A stretch of DNA of 64,000 nt from an uncultured Arcobacter sp. (GTDB taxonomy: Bacteria > Campylobacterota > Campylobacteria > Campylobacterales > Arcobacteraceae): positions 96,001 through 160,000 of the forward strand of contig OZ223302.1 in assembly GCA_965140705.1 (NCBI GenBank), in the 5' to 3' direction. Positions within the stretch are counted from its first letter, which is position 1; every line of letters begins with the position of its first letter. Below, in pieces: positions 25,474 to 36,459 of this stretch. The notes beneath the pieces are model-generated. The model made no database searches. It was not told the DNA's origin and saw nothing but the letters and a program-made list of their open reading frames with translations. The translations under genes and the position numbers were made by a program.

Positions 25474-26922
25474 TTATCTTTCATGTAAAGCATTATCTTT
25501 TGTTTTTAAAATAGGTTTTAAAATAAAATCAAGTATAGTTTTTTTACCTGTAATAATGTCAACTGTTGCAACCATACCTGGTATAATTGGAAGTTTTACT
25601 CCATTTCTTTCAAGATAGTTTTTATTTGTTTTTACTAAAACTCTATAATAACTTTTACCCTCTTTTGATTCTTTATCTACAATACTATCAGCAGATATTT
25701 CAATAATTTTACCCTTAAGTCCCCCATAAATAGAAAAATCATATGCAGTAATTTTTACTATAGCTTTTTGACTTGGATTAATAAAGGCAATATCTTTTGG
25801 ACTAATTTTTGCTTCCACAACTAAAACATCACTTTCAGGAACTATTTCCATAAGGTCAACTCCTGGTTGAACAACTCCTCCAATTGTATTATAATAAAGC
25901 TCTTTTACTATTCCATCAACTGGTGAAGTAATAGTTGTTTTTGCAACTTTATCCTTATCTCCTACCATTTTTGCTTCAAATTTATTAATTGAACTTGCAG
26001 TTTCTTGAAGCTTTTTAGAAGCATCTGCTTTAAAAGTATTAATTTTTTCTGTTATTCTACTTTTTGCTTCATTAATTGCCAGTTTTGATCTTTTTACTGA
26101 TAATAAGGCAGCTTCCAAATCACCTGTTGTTTTGTTATACTCTTTTTCTACATCCAATAAATCATATTTTGATTTAACACCTCTATTTACAAGTCTTTGA
26201 ATTGTAACTCTTTGTTCTTTTATAATATTATAGCTTTTACTCAAGTTTTTGATTGTATTTTCTATTTCTTTTAACTCTTGTTCTTTTTGACCTACTTGAT
26301 TTTCTAATACTTTTACAGATGATTTTAATTCATTAAATCTATTTACTAATAAACTTTTCTCTAAAATATCATATCTAGAAGGATCATTCATAACCTCTTT
26401 GGGAAATACTAAAGTAGGTAACTCTTTATTTATATCAATATTTGATTCAACCTCTAATCTTACTTTCACAGCAAGTAGACTTAGATACTCTTGTTTACTC
26501 TCTTCTAGCGTTGCTTGAAATCTTGTGGTATCAATTTTCATCAAAGGAGTACCTTTTTTTACAACTTGTCCCTCTTTTACTAAAATTTCTGAAATAATTC
26601 CACCATCAAGTGATTGTATTTTTTGTATTTTATCTGTAGGGATTACTTTCCCTTGACCTCTGGCTAATTCATCAATTTCTGCAAAGGCTGCCCAAATTAT
26701 TGCAATTGTAAATAATGAAATAATAAATAAAAAAAGTACATTTGCAAGCTTTGTTGGACTTTCATTTGCATTTGAATAACTTGTATATATAAATTCTAAA
26801 TCTTTAGTTTCTGGATCTTCTAGTCCATAAAGTTTTTTAAACCAGCCAGTAATATTACCACTTAAGTCTTTTACATTAATTACTTGCGACAATAATAATC
26901 TTACTTTACTCATTTTTGCCAC
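25474..26922 (-). CDS. HlyD-family type I secretion periplasmic adaptor (LapC-like)
   Basis: Single TM helix, ARGQGKVIP, IQSLDGGII, ITSPVDGIV, PGMVATVDIITGKKTILDF. Confidence 0.95.
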   Translation of the reverse strand: MAKMSKVRLLLSQVINVKDLSGNITGWFKKLYGLEDPETKDLEFIYTSYSNANESPTKLANVLFLFIISLFTIAIIWAAFAEIDELARGQGKVIPTDKIQKIQSLDGGIISEILVKEGQVVKKGTPLMKIDTTRFQATLEESKQEYLSLLAVKVRLEVESNIDINKELPTLVFPKEVMNDPSRYDILEKSLLVNRFNELKSSVKVLENQVGQKEQELKEIENTIKNLSKSYNIIKEQRVTIQRLVNRGVKSKYDLLDVEKEYNKTTGDLEAALLSVKRSKLAINEAKSRITEKINTFKADASKKLQETASSINKFEAKMVGDKDKVAKTTITSPVDGIVKELYYNTIGGVVQPGVDLMEIVPESDVLVVEAKISPKDIAFINPSQKAIVKITAYDFSIYGGLKGKIIEISADSIVDKESKEGKSYYRVLVKTNKNYLERNGVKLPIIPGMVATVDIITGKKTILDFILKPILKTKDNALHER

Positions 26923-29068
26923 CTTGATTTAAATTGTATAAAGACTCTTTTGGACCATCAAACACAATTCCTCCATTGTCTAATACAATTACTCTGTCAA
27001 CAAGTTCTAATATTGAAGTTTTGTGAGTAACTATAATTACAGTTTTATCTTCTATTATATTTTTTAACTTTCCTATAAAAGCTTTTTCAGTTTGACTATC
27101 CATAGAGTTTGTTGGTTCATCTAACATTAAAATATTTGGGTTAGAGATAAGTGCTCTTGCTAAAGTTACACTTTGTCTCTCCCCTCCACTTAAACCATCT
27201 CCTCTTTCACCTACCATTAAATCAAAACCTGCTTCATGTCTACCTAAGAATTCATCAAGACCAGCTATTTTTGATACAGATATTAATTCTTCATCAGATA
27301 CGTATTGTTCACCAATTGTTATATTATCTTTTATTGTTCCCATAAATAAAAATGGCTCTTGGGGAACTACTCCAATTGAACTTCTTAAGTCAATAGGATC
27401 TATTTGTCTAACATCAACTTCATCAACTAATATTGAACCATTAGTAGGTTCATATAGATTCATAATAAGTTTTAATAAAGTAGATTTACCCGTACCAATT
27501 TTCCCTAAAATTGCTACTTTTTCACCTTTTTTAATTCTCACGTTAAGATTATTAAGAATTTTATATTTACTCTCTTTATATGAAAATTCAACATTTTTAA
27601 ATTCAATATCACCATTTAAATTAGGTCTACTAATGTAGTTTTTGTTTTCTTTCTCAACTGGCATTTTCATAATTTCATCTAAGTTATTTAGTGAAAGCAT
27701 TGTTTTATCGTATCTCATTATTAAAGAAACTAGTTGTGAAACAGGAGCTATTGTTCTACCATTTAACATCATTGATGCAATAATTGCACCCATTGTAATA
27801 TCACCTTTAGCTGCTAAATAAACTCCACCTGCTACAATTGCTATATTTGAAAACTGTGCTATATAAGCTGTAAAGAATGTAATGCTTTGAGATAAAAATT
27901 GACCCTTATCTGCATAATGCACAGTTTTACCAACACTTTGGTCCCAATTTGTCCTCATTCTATTTTGAGCTTTTACACTTTTAATAATTTCAAGACCAGT
28001 AACTGTTTCAATCAAAGTAGTTTGTTTTATTTGCTCTTCTTTTACTGATTTTTCTATTATACTTCTAAGAGGTCTTTGCATATACCAAGATGTAGCAATT
28101 GAAATAGCAACAGTAGCAAGAGTAATTAAAACAAGTGGCCCAGAGATATAAAATATGACAATTATAAAAAATACTGCAAAAGGAAAATCCACAAAAGCTG
28201 CAACAGTTGCACTTGTAAAAAACTCTCTAACACTCTCAAAAGATTGTAATCTACTTACAAATTGTCCAGTTGAGGCCGGCTTTGAATCAATTTTTATATT
28301 CAATACATGATTAAAGATTTTATTTGCAATAATAGTATCAGTTCTTTTACTAGCTATTCCTAAAAAATAGGATCTTAATATTTTCATTATAAAATCAAAT
28401 AACATCACAAAACTAATACCAATAAAAAGTACCCACATAGTAGCAATAGCATTATTTGGCAAAACTCTATCATATACATTCATTGTAAATAAAGGTGTTG
28501 CTAAAATAAAAAGATTTATAAATAATGATACTAATATAACTTGATTATAAAGTCCTCTATTTCTAGCTAGTGTTCCCCAAAACCACTCTTTTGGTGTCTC
28601 TATTAAAATCTCTTTTTCTATTCTATTATTAAAATTATATTCTGGTTTTATAATTACCACTTCATTCATAAACTCTGAATTTAATTTTTCTAAAGATATT
28701 TCACTCTCTCCTGAGCTAACACCAGGAAGTATTATTTTAGCAATAGAGGTTTTTTCATTATAATCTAAAAGTACACAAGATCTATTTTTTTCCAATATTA
28801 AAACTGCGGGTAATGCAAGTTTTGTAAGATCTTGCACTTTTTCTCTTTTTACAGTTTTTGTTGTTAATCCAATTCTTTTAGCAGCTTTTATAAACATAGG
28901 TAAATCAAAAGACCTATTATGTATTGGGAGATTAAATTTTAGAGAACCTGCTGATGTTTCTCTTTTATAATATTTTGCTAAAAAAAGTAAACACTCTAAT
29001 AATGTATCTACTTTTCTTCTATCTTGTAAGGTATTTAAATCTCGTTCTTTCTCTTCTGCATTATTCAA
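26906..29068 (-). CDS. Type I secretion ABC permease/ATPase (LapB/LssB-like, N-terminal C39-like domain)
   Basis: PLFTMNVYDRVLPN, Walker A GKIGTGKST, LSGGERQ, Walker B ILMLDEPT. Confidence 0.95.
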   Translation of the reverse strand: MNNAEEKERDLNTLQDRRKVDTLLECLLFLAKYYKRETSAGSLKFNLPIHNRSFDLPMFIKAAKRIGLTTKTVKREKVQDLTKLALPAVLILEKNRSCVLLDYNEKTSIAKIILPGVSSGESEISLEKLNSEFMNEVVIIKPEYNFNNRIEKEILIETPKEWFWGTLARNRGLYNQVILVSLFINLFILATPLFTMNVYDRVLPNNAIATMWVLFIGISFVMLFDFIMKILRSYFLGIASKRTDTIIANKIFNHVLNIKIDSKPASTGQFVSRLQSFESVREFFTSATVAAFVDFPFAVFFIIVIFYISGPLVLITLATVAISIATSWYMQRPLRSIIEKSVKEEQIKQTTLIETVTGLEIIKSVKAQNRMRTNWDQSVGKTVHYADKGQFLSQSITFFTAYIAQFSNIAIVAGGVYLAAKGDITMGAIIASMMLNGRTIAPVSQLVSLIMRYDKTMLSLNNLDEIMKMPVEKENKNYISRPNLNGDIEFKNVEFSYKESKYKILNNLNVRIKKGEKVAILGKIGTGKSTLLKLIMNLYEPTNGSILVDEVDVRQIDPIDLRSSIGVVPQEPFLFMGTIKDNITIGEQYVSDEELISVSKIAGLDEFLGRHEAGFDLMVGERGDGLSGGERQSVTLARALISNPNILMLDEPTNSMDSQTEKAFIGKLKNIIEDKTVIIVTHKTSILELVDRVIVLDNGGIVFDGPKESLYNLNQGGKNE

Positions 29069-29088
29069 AATAAACCTTTCTTATAATT

Positions 29089-30903
29089 TTAATTATACTT
29101 TAAATACAACTCTTGATGCTTACTTATCCTATCAATTAATGGATTGTTTTCACTCAATTTTTTAGCTAATACTTTAATTTCTTCTTTTGCAGCTGTAGGA
29201 GTTTTATAAACTCCATATAAAACTTTTGTATATTTTTTACCTTTTCCAAATTCATAAATAAAGGCTTTATCAGCTATATTATTATTTAAAACAAATTCTC
29301 TAGCTCTATCTAGTTTAGTAAAAGTTGCTAAATTTATGGTAAAACTATTTTTGGGTGCAGATAATAAAGCATTATCCCTATTAATTTCTTTTTTACTTAA
29401 ATCTTTTTTCTTCTCAGGCTTATTTTCTAAGTTTAATGCCTTTTCTATATCAGAAATTTCTTTTTTTTCTTTTTTTTGAGATAACTTAAAAGATTCAATA
29501 ATAGAACTATCAGAATCACTTATCAAACTATTTAAATCTTCTTGTGTAGTCTTATTTTGTTTATCTGGTGCAAACTCTATTATTCTTGGTTTTACCTCTT
29601 CACAGTTTTGATTCTTTGATTCTAATATATTATCTGTCAATGATGAGAAATTATACATTAATTGATAATAGTTTACTATTCTATTATATTCTAAATCTAT
29701 TAATGTTTTTACTGATTCGAACAGTTCATCTTGGGCATTTAATATATCTATAAAAGTCCTTGTCCCTGCTGAAAATTGCTCTTTATATATATCTACTATA
29801 TTTGTATTAGCTTTTACATATTCTTCTACTTCTGATATTCTTTCTTTATATTTCTCATTTTTCCCATACAGTGATTTTACATTTGAAACTATTTCACCTG
29901 TGATATCATCTAGATTCTTTTTTTGTTCATTTAAAAATATTCTCTCTTGTTCTGTTGCTACTTTATCTTTGTTCCCATTATACAAGTTCCAGTTAAAATT
30001 CAATCTTGCTGCAATATTTTTTGTTGTTCCATCTCCTAACAAATCTAAATCTTTATCCAATGAGGCTCTTAGTTCTAAGTTTAATTTAGGCAGAAATTCA
30101 CCTTTTGCTTGTACTATTTTCTCTCTTTGTGCTTTTATCTTTTCTATTTGTTCTTTTATTTTACTATTATTTAATATTGCTCTTTTGATAGCTTCTTCTA
30201 ATGTTTTTGGTATCTTTGTCTCATCTATTACAGGTCTACACATTTTACCTTTTGGTTTTACACCTACATATCTTGTATATGATGCGATTGCTGTATCTTT
30301 TTGATCTTCTTCATCTATATATTTGTTTTTTACTAAATGCAATTTTGATGATACTTGATAGGTCTCTAATATCTCTCCACTTATCTTCTCATTCTCTTTT
30401 GCTATTGTCATATTATCTTCATTTAGTTTTACCATATTTTTGGTAACTCTTAATCTCTCATCACTTTTTACTAAATCCGTATATACTTTTACTGCTTCTA
30501 GTACTGTTGATTCTATTGTATCAAAGCTTCTATATCTATTTGACAAATCCTCATATTTTGATTGTGCTACTTGTGATGGTGTTATCCCTCCATCATACAA
30601 ATATTGTTTTAATATTACTGTTGCAACATATCCATCTTGTTTTGTCCATTGCCCATCTGTACTTGAACTCTTCCTATCCTTATTATCTTTTGAACTCTCT
30701 AAGTATGTCTGTAAATCTACTGTTGGCAGATAATTACCCTCTCGGTCATCTACATATTTACTGTACCCTTTTTGATTTTCTAGCTCAGATTGAACTTTTG
30801 GATTGTTTATTAAAACTTTTGATACTGTATCTTTTAAACTTACGGCATTTAAACTAATAGAAGAGAAATAAATAATTAGAATAATAAATAATAGTTTTTT
30901 CAT
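29089..30903 (-). CDS. TolC-family outer membrane protein (LapE-like) with C-terminal SPOR-like extension
   Basis: Signal peptide from ATG 30903, YLPTVDL, AGTRTFIDILNAQDELF. C-terminal FTINLATF..YTKVLYGVYKTPTAAKEEIKVL is SPOR-like. Confidence 0.9.
   Translation of the reverse strand: MKKLLFIILIIYFSSISLNAVSLKDTVSKVLINNPKVQSELENQKGYSKYVDDREGNYLPTVDLQTYLESSKDNKDRKSSSTDGQWTKQDGYVATVILKQYLYDGGITPSQVAQSKYEDLSNRYRSFDTIESTVLEAVKVYTDLVKSDERLRVTKNMVKLNEDNMTIAKENEKISGEILETYQVSSKLHLVKNKYIDEEDQKDTAIASYTRYVGVKPKGKMCRPVIDETKIPKTLEEAIKRAILNNSKIKEQIEKIKAQREKIVQAKGEFLPKLNLELRASLDKDLDLLGDGTTKNIAARLNFNWNLYNGNKDKVATEQERIFLNEQKKNLDDITGEIVSNVKSLYGKNEKYKERISEVEEYVKANTNIVDIYKEQFSAGTRTFIDILNAQDELFESVKTLIDLEYNRIVNYYQLMYNFSSLTDNILESKNQNCEEVKPRIIEFAPDKQNKTTQEDLNSLISDSDSSIIESFKLSQKKEKKEISDIEKALNLENKPEKKKDLSKKEINRDNALLSAPKNSFTINLATFTKLDRAREFVLNNNIADKAFIYEFGKGKKYTKVLYGVYKTPTAAKEEIKVLAKKLSENNPLIDRISKHQELYLKYN
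29486..30774. repeat. ~1289-bp direct repeat, copy A
   Basis: Matches 31761-33049 at offset 2275. The antisense ORFs in the track are duplicated exactly. Confidence 0.95.
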
Positions 30904-30982
30904 ATATTTCCTTAAGATAAAACACACATATAATTTATTTTATTATATAATAATATGAATTATAGCAAAACTAGGTTAATAA

Positions 30983-31717
30983 ATGATTACAAATAAATTG
31001 CAGCATATTAATAATAAAGTTTTACTTGATAAAATTCTTAAAGATATAAATGTCATGTATATAGAAGATGAAGTTAATATCAGAATGAATATAACTAAAA
31101 CTCTAAAACTTATTGTGAATAATGTTTTTGACCTTCCAGATACAATAAATGCACTTGAAATATTAAATAATAAAGAAGTTGATTTAATTATTTGTGATAT
31201 TAATTTGCCTAAACAGAATGGAATTGATTTTATTAAGATTATTCGACAAAATTTTCCAAAACTACCAACTATTTTATTAAGTGCTTCAACTGACAAAAAG
31301 TATTTGCTAGAAGCCACAAGATTAAAATTGATTGATTATTTAGTTAAACCAATTGATTTTACTGTTCTTCAAAATGCTTTATATAAAGTTGCACTTGAGA
31401 TATTAGAAGAAGGTAAATATATACTTAAATTTAAAGATGATATTTATTATAACTACTTAGAAAAAAAACTATATAAACAAGATATTGAAAATGATATTCC
31501 TCTAACTTCAAATGAAATTTTATTATTGGACTTTTTAATTATTAATGATCAAAGACTTATATCACAAGAAGAGATAAAAGCTACTATTTGGGATAATGAA
31601 GAGTATGCTACTGATTCTGCATTAAAAAACTTAATTAGTAAATTACGAAAAAAGATAGGTAAAAATAGTATTATAAATACATCTGGATTTGGCTACAAAA
31701 TAAACTATAATAGTTGA
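30983..31717 (+). CDS. OmpR/PhoB-family response regulator
   Basis: Receiver domain (YIEDE, DLIICDINLPKQNG, DYLVKP) plus winged helix (ALKNLISKLRKKIG..GFGYK). Confidence 0.93.
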   Translation: MITNKLQHINNKVLLDKILKDINVMYIEDEVNIRMNITKTLKLIVNNVFDLPDTINALEILNNKEVDLIICDINLPKQNGIDFIKIIRQNFPKLPTILLSASTDKKYLLEATRLKLIDYLVKPIDFTVLQNALYKVALEILEEGKYILKFKDDIYYNYLEKKLYKQDIENDIPLTSNEILLLDFLIINDQRLISQEEIKATIWDNEEYATDSALKNLISKLRKKIGKNSIINTSGFGYKINYNS

Positions 31718-31750
31718 TTTATTATAGTCTATTTTTATAAAGTTTATTTT

Positions 31751-33181
31751 CTATTTCTTTTTAAAAGATTCAATAATAGAACTATCAGAATCACTTATCA
31801 AACTATTTAAATCTTCTTGTGTAGTCTTATTTTGTTTATCTGGTGCAAACTCTATTATTCTTGGTTTTACCTCTTCACAGTTTTGATTCTTTGATTCTAA
31901 TATATTATCTGTCAATGATGAGAAATTATACATTAATTGATAATAGTTTACTATTCTATTATATTCTAAATCTATTAATGTTTTTACTGATTCGAACAGT
32001 TCATCTTGGGCATTTAATATATCTATAAAAGTCCTTGTCCCTGCTGAAAATTGCTCTTTATATATATCTACTATATTTGTATTAGCTTTTACATATTCTT
32101 CTACTTCTGATATTCTTTCTTTATATTTCTCATTTTTCCCATACAGTGATTTTACATTTGAAACTATTTCACCTGTGATATCATCTAGATTCTTTTTTTG
32201 TTCATTTAAAAATATTCTCTCTTGTTCTGTTGCTACTTTATCTTTGTTCCCATTATACAAGTTCCAGTTAAAATTCAATCTTGCTGCAATATTTTTTGTT
32301 GTTCCATCTCCTAACAAATCTAAATCTTTATCCAATGAGGCTCTTAGTTCTAAGTTTAATTTAGGCAGAAATTCACCTTTTGCTTGTACTATTTTCTCTC
32401 TTTGTGCTTTTATCTTTTCTATTTGTTCTTTTATTTTACTATTATTTAATATTGCTCTTTTGATAGCTTCTTCTAATGTTTTTGGTATCTTTGTCTCATC
32501 TATTACAGGTCTACACATTTTACCTTTTGGTTTTACACCTACATATCTTGTATATGATGCGATTGCTGTATCTTTTTGATCTTCTTCATCTATATATTTG
32601 TTTTTTACTAAATGCAATTTTGATGATACTTGATAGGTCTCTAATATCTCTCCACTTATCTTCTCATTCTCTTTTGCTATTGTCATATTATCTTCATTTA
32701 GTTTTACCATATTTTTGGTAACTCTTAATCTCTCATCACTTTTTACTAAATCCGTATATACTTTTACTGCTTCTAGTACTGTTGATTCTATTGTATCAAA
32801 GCTTCTATATCTATTTGACAAATCCTCATATTTTGATTGTGCTACTTGTGATGGTGTTATCCCTCCATCATACAAATATTGTTTTAATATTACTGTTGCA
32901 ACATATCCATCTTGTTTTGTCCATTGCCCATCTGTACTTGAACTCTTCCTATCCTTATTATCTTTTGAACTCTCTAAGTATGTCTGTAAATCTACTGTTG
33001 GCAGATAATTACCCTCTCGGTCATCTACATATTTACTGTACCCTTTTTGTTGTTGCAATTCTGCTTGAATAGTAGGATTATCGACCATTACAGTTGACAC
33101 TGTATCTTTTAGACTTACGGCATTTGAATTTGAGTTTATAATTAGCATTGTAATTAAAAACAAAAAGAATTTATTTTGCAA
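31751..33181 (-). CDS. TolC-family outer membrane protein, second paralog without the SPOR extension
   Basis: Signal peptide, core identical to 29089-30903. Confidence 0.9.
   Translation of the reverse strand: MQNKFFLFLITMLIINSNSNAVSLKDTVSTVMVDNPTIQAELQQQKGYSKYVDDREGNYLPTVDLQTYLESSKDNKDRKSSSTDGQWTKQDGYVATVILKQYLYDGGITPSQVAQSKYEDLSNRYRSFDTIESTVLEAVKVYTDLVKSDERLRVTKNMVKLNEDNMTIAKENEKISGEILETYQVSSKLHLVKNKYIDEEDQKDTAIASYTRYVGVKPKGKMCRPVIDETKIPKTLEEAIKRAILNNSKIKEQIEKIKAQREKIVQAKGEFLPKLNLELRASLDKDLDLLGDGTTKNIAARLNFNWNLYNGNKDKVATEQERIFLNEQKKNLDDITGEIVSNVKSLYGKNEKYKERISEVEEYVKANTNIVDIYKEQFSAGTRTFIDILNAQDELFESVKTLIDLEYNRIVNYYQLMYNFSSLTDNILESKNQNCEEVKPRIIEFAPDKQNKTTQEDLNSLISDSDSSIIESFKKK
31761..33049. 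repeat. ~1289-bp direct repeat, copy B
   Basis: Matches 29486-30774. Confidence 0.95.
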
Positions 33182-33405
33182 AGTATTTCCTTTTAAATTA
33201 ACTTAAAATAATAAAGTTTGTTATTATAGCTTAATTATTTCAATAAATTACTGATTTATTACATAAATTTTAGAATTAATAAGTTTTATAATTATTTATT
33301 ATAATTATGATTACTTCTTATTTTATAATTAAAAAATTAATTTAATTATTTTAAAGTATAAAGAAAATTAGTGTCAGAGTAGTATCAAAGCATATGGAAA
33401 ACTAA

Positions 33406-35865
33406 TTATTTTCTATATGGCTTGAAAATAATTAGTAATCTTGGAAGAAGAAGTAAGGCAGAACATAACATTGCAATCATAACAATTACAGTTAATAATC
33501 CAAAATAAATAGTTGGAATAAGGTTTGATAAAACTAATATAGAAAAACCAAGTACTACTACTAAGGTAGTATAATACATAGCATAACCAATACTAGCATG
33601 GGATCTTTTCATAGCTTGTATATAATCATGATCCACTTTAAACTCTTCTTTAAATCTATGTATATAATGTATTGTATCATCAACACCAATTCCTATACTA
33701 ATAGCTGCAATTGTTATTGTCATAATATCTAAAGGAATACCAAGCCAACCCATTATTCCAAATACAATACCAATAGGAACAACATTTGTAACTATGGCAA
33801 TAAGTGCAACTTTTATTGATCTAAACAAAACAATGAACATCAAAAATAAAATAGCAATTACAAATCCCAATGTTTTGATTTGAGAATTAAAAAGTGACTG
33901 AAGCATATTATTATATAAAACCATAAGACCAGTTACTTTGTAACTTGCTTCAGTTTGCGGAACTATTTCATTTAACTCTTTTTTTATCTTGATTAAAAAA
34001 TCGTTTCTTCTAAGATTTGGATTTGAATCTATTATTCTAAGACTAAATCTAGCCTCATTTTTTTTAATATCTATATAAGGAGACAATATTAGATTCTTGT
34101 ATTTTTCTGGCAATTTATTATATAAAAGGGCTAATTTAAAACCATCAAGAGGTTTACCTTTATTTAAAGTTTTACCTATTTTCAATAATGTTGCTAAAGA
34201 TTGAACATTACCTACTGCATCTAAACTCTCTAAATAATTATGCACTTTCATAATTAAGTTCATCTTATCTTCTGTAAACCAATATTGGGCATCATTTGAA
34301 GTTGATTCATACTCATCTTCAAAGGAGAAATCATCTGAAGAAGACTCTTTTTTAGGTTTCTTATCAACTTTAAAATCTAAGATAATATCTAATGGTGTTG
34401 TTCCACCAAGTTTTTTGTCAATTACTTCCATCCCTTTATAAATCTGAGTATCTTTTTTAAAATAATTAATAAAAGAATTTTCAACTTTTAATTTTGAAGT
34501 TCCAGTTAGACTAAAAACTATGATTAAAGCTGTCCCTATAAAAATATATTTTGATTTTTTCTCCACTATATATGAACTAAATGAAGTCAAAGAGGAATGG
34601 TTTTCAAGTTTTTTATGTGGTCTTTTTATCTCACTCATTATTAAAATTGCAGGGAAAACAATAAATGAAATAAGCAAAGACATTGCAATACCAGCACTCA
34701 TCATCCAACCAAGATTTATAACAGGAACAATTCCTGAAAATACTAAAGAACCAAAACCAGCAATAGTAGTAATAATTGCAAAAAATGAAGGATTTAATTT
34801 TGAAAGCATTGTATTTATTACTAATTTATATTGACTTGCATGTATAAATCTTCCACTTAACTCTCTATATCGCACTATTAGATGTAATACAATTGAAATA
34901 GTAATTATCAACTGCAAGGCAATAAAATTAGAAGAGATAACAGTGATTTCCCAACCAAACAGCCCAAGTATTCCAGAAGTTGCAATAACTGATAAAATAC
35001 AAATCAAGATAGGCAGAGTTATCCAAATGACTTGTCTAAATATTACCCATAAAACAACAATCAAAATAAATACAAGTGTAGTTCCATAAACTGCTAAATC
35101 ATCTTTTACAAAGCTAATAACATCATCAGCAATCATACTTGTTCCACCTAGGAAAAGTTTTGCTTGATTATCATATTTTTTTATTATTGCTCTTACATCT
35201 AAAATATTCTGATGTTCTGCTTCTCTTAATTTGTCTCTATATACTTTGAATTCATTTTTTACACGTTCTAGTTCAATAGCTTCAGCACTAGTGATAGTTC
35301 CATCTCTTTGTTTTTTTATTAGAGCATTTCTTTTATCTAAAAAGTTAAAGTATTTATCATCTCTAATTAAATTTATTACTATTGAGGTTGTTTTAAAATC
35401 ACTACTTACAAGAGCATTTTTATACAAAGGACTTGTAAGGAACTCTTTTTTTGCAAGTTTTTTATCCACATCTTTATCTTCTAAAAGATTTACTTTATCT
35501 ACAAGATCTTTTATTTCTCTTACAGGTGATTCAAGCATAGGAACAGTTAAAATTGATGTTACTGATTCTACTCTTGGAAGTTTTTCTAAGTCACTTGAAA
35601 TATCTCTTATCAAATCTAAACTACTTTTTGACAATAAATCATGTTTAGGAGTTACTGCTAAAACTAAAATATCCCTATTTTTATATCTTTTATTAACTTC
35701 TCTTGTTAATTTTAAGTCTTTGTCATTTTCTAAAAGTAGTGTTTCTGAAGAAGCATCAATTTGTAATTTAGTAGCATAATATCCTAAAAAAGATATTACC
35801 AATAAAAGAGCTACAAGAACTCTTTTAGGATTATTTAAAATAAATTTATCAAAAAATGATTTCAT
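33406..35865 (-). CDS. MMPL/RND-family transporter (HpnN-like lipid exporter)
   Basis: Two halves with 1+5 TM helices, TTIAGFGSL and GIGVDDTIH motifs. Confidence 0.9.
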   Translation of the reverse strand: MKSFFDKFILNNPKRVLVALLLVISFLGYYATKLQIDASSETLLLENDKDLKLTREVNKRYKNRDILVLAVTPKHDLLSKSSLDLIRDISSDLEKLPRVESVTSILTVPMLESPVREIKDLVDKVNLLEDKDVDKKLAKKEFLTSPLYKNALVSSDFKTTSIVINLIRDDKYFNFLDKRNALIKKQRDGTITSAEAIELERVKNEFKVYRDKLREAEHQNILDVRAIIKKYDNQAKLFLGGTSMIADDVISFVKDDLAVYGTTLVFILIVVLWVIFRQVIWITLPILICILSVIATSGILGLFGWEITVISSNFIALQLIITISIVLHLIVRYRELSGRFIHASQYKLVINTMLSKLNPSFFAIITTIAGFGSLVFSGIVPVINLGWMMSAGIAMSLLISFIVFPAILIMSEIKRPHKKLENHSSLTSFSSYIVEKKSKYIFIGTALIIVFSLTGTSKLKVENSFINYFKKDTQIYKGMEVIDKKLGGTTPLDIILDFKVDKKPKKESSSDDFSFEDEYESTSNDAQYWFTEDKMNLIMKVHNYLESLDAVGNVQSLATLLKIGKTLNKGKPLDGFKLALLYNKLPEKYKNLILSPYIDIKKNEARFSLRIIDSNPNLRRNDFLIKIKKELNEIVPQTEASYKVTGLMVLYNNMLQSLFNSQIKTLGFVIAILFLMFIVLFRSIKVALIAIVTNVVPIGIVFGIMGWLGIPLDIMTITIAAISIGIGVDDTIHYIHRFKEEFKVDHDYIQAMKRSHASIGYAMYYTTLVVVLGFSILVLSNLIPTIYFGLLTVIVMIAMLCSALLLLPRLLIIFKPYRK

Positions 35866-36455
35866 TAATTAGTTGTTTTAGTATTTAAAGTAAGCAATAA
35901 ATCTTTAAAACTTTTATCTTTCAAATATCCTGCAAACTGTTGTCTATAAGTTTGCATAATACTAACCCCTATAATATTTACATCATAAATTAGCCAATCA
36001 TCATTTGATTTTTTATAAAACTTGTACTCAATCTCATACTTATCATCTTTTCCAATTACGTATGTTATTAGTCTAATTCTTTTAGGATTTAGTTTATTTA
36101 AACTATCTATTTTTATTTTTTGATTTGTATAAAGATCTAGTTTATCAATATATGAGTTTTTTAATTTCTTTTCAAAAAGCTTTGTAAATTCAGCTTTTTC
36201 CTCACTTGATAAATTCTTCCAATCTTTCCCTAATGCAATTTGAGACATAACATTATAATCAAAAAGGGAATCCATAATAAAAAAAATTTTATCAGTTCTC
36301 TCTTTTAATGTTTTATCTTTTTGCTGTAAAATTTCTATAACATTATCTATCTTTTCTTGCATAACATCTTTTATTTTAGATTCTTCAATTGCAAATAAAC
36401 TCTTTGAAAGAATCAATAATGAGAAAACTAAAACTAAAAACTTATTACCTATCAT
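35865..36455 (-). CDS. mlaC: MlaC/Ttg2D-family periplasmic lipid-binding protein
   Basis: FDYNVMSQIALGKDW, WLIYDVNIIGVSIMQTYRQQF. Confidence 0.88.
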   Translation of the reverse strand: MIGNKFLVLVFSLLILSKSLFAIEESKIKDVMQEKIDNVIEILQQKDKTLKERTDKIFFIMDSLFDYNVMSQIALGKDWKNLSSEEKAEFTKLFEKKLKNSYIDKLDLYTNQKIKIDSLNKLNPKRIRLITYVIGKDDKYEIEYKFYKKSNDDWLIYDVNIIGVSIMQTYRQQFAGYLKDKSFKDLLLTLNTKTTN

Positions 36456-36459
36456 TTAA

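Noticed and set aside
29486..33049. Composite transposon or IS pair flanking the regulator
   Set aside because: The repeats are TolC coding sequence, with no transposase or terminal inverted repeats.
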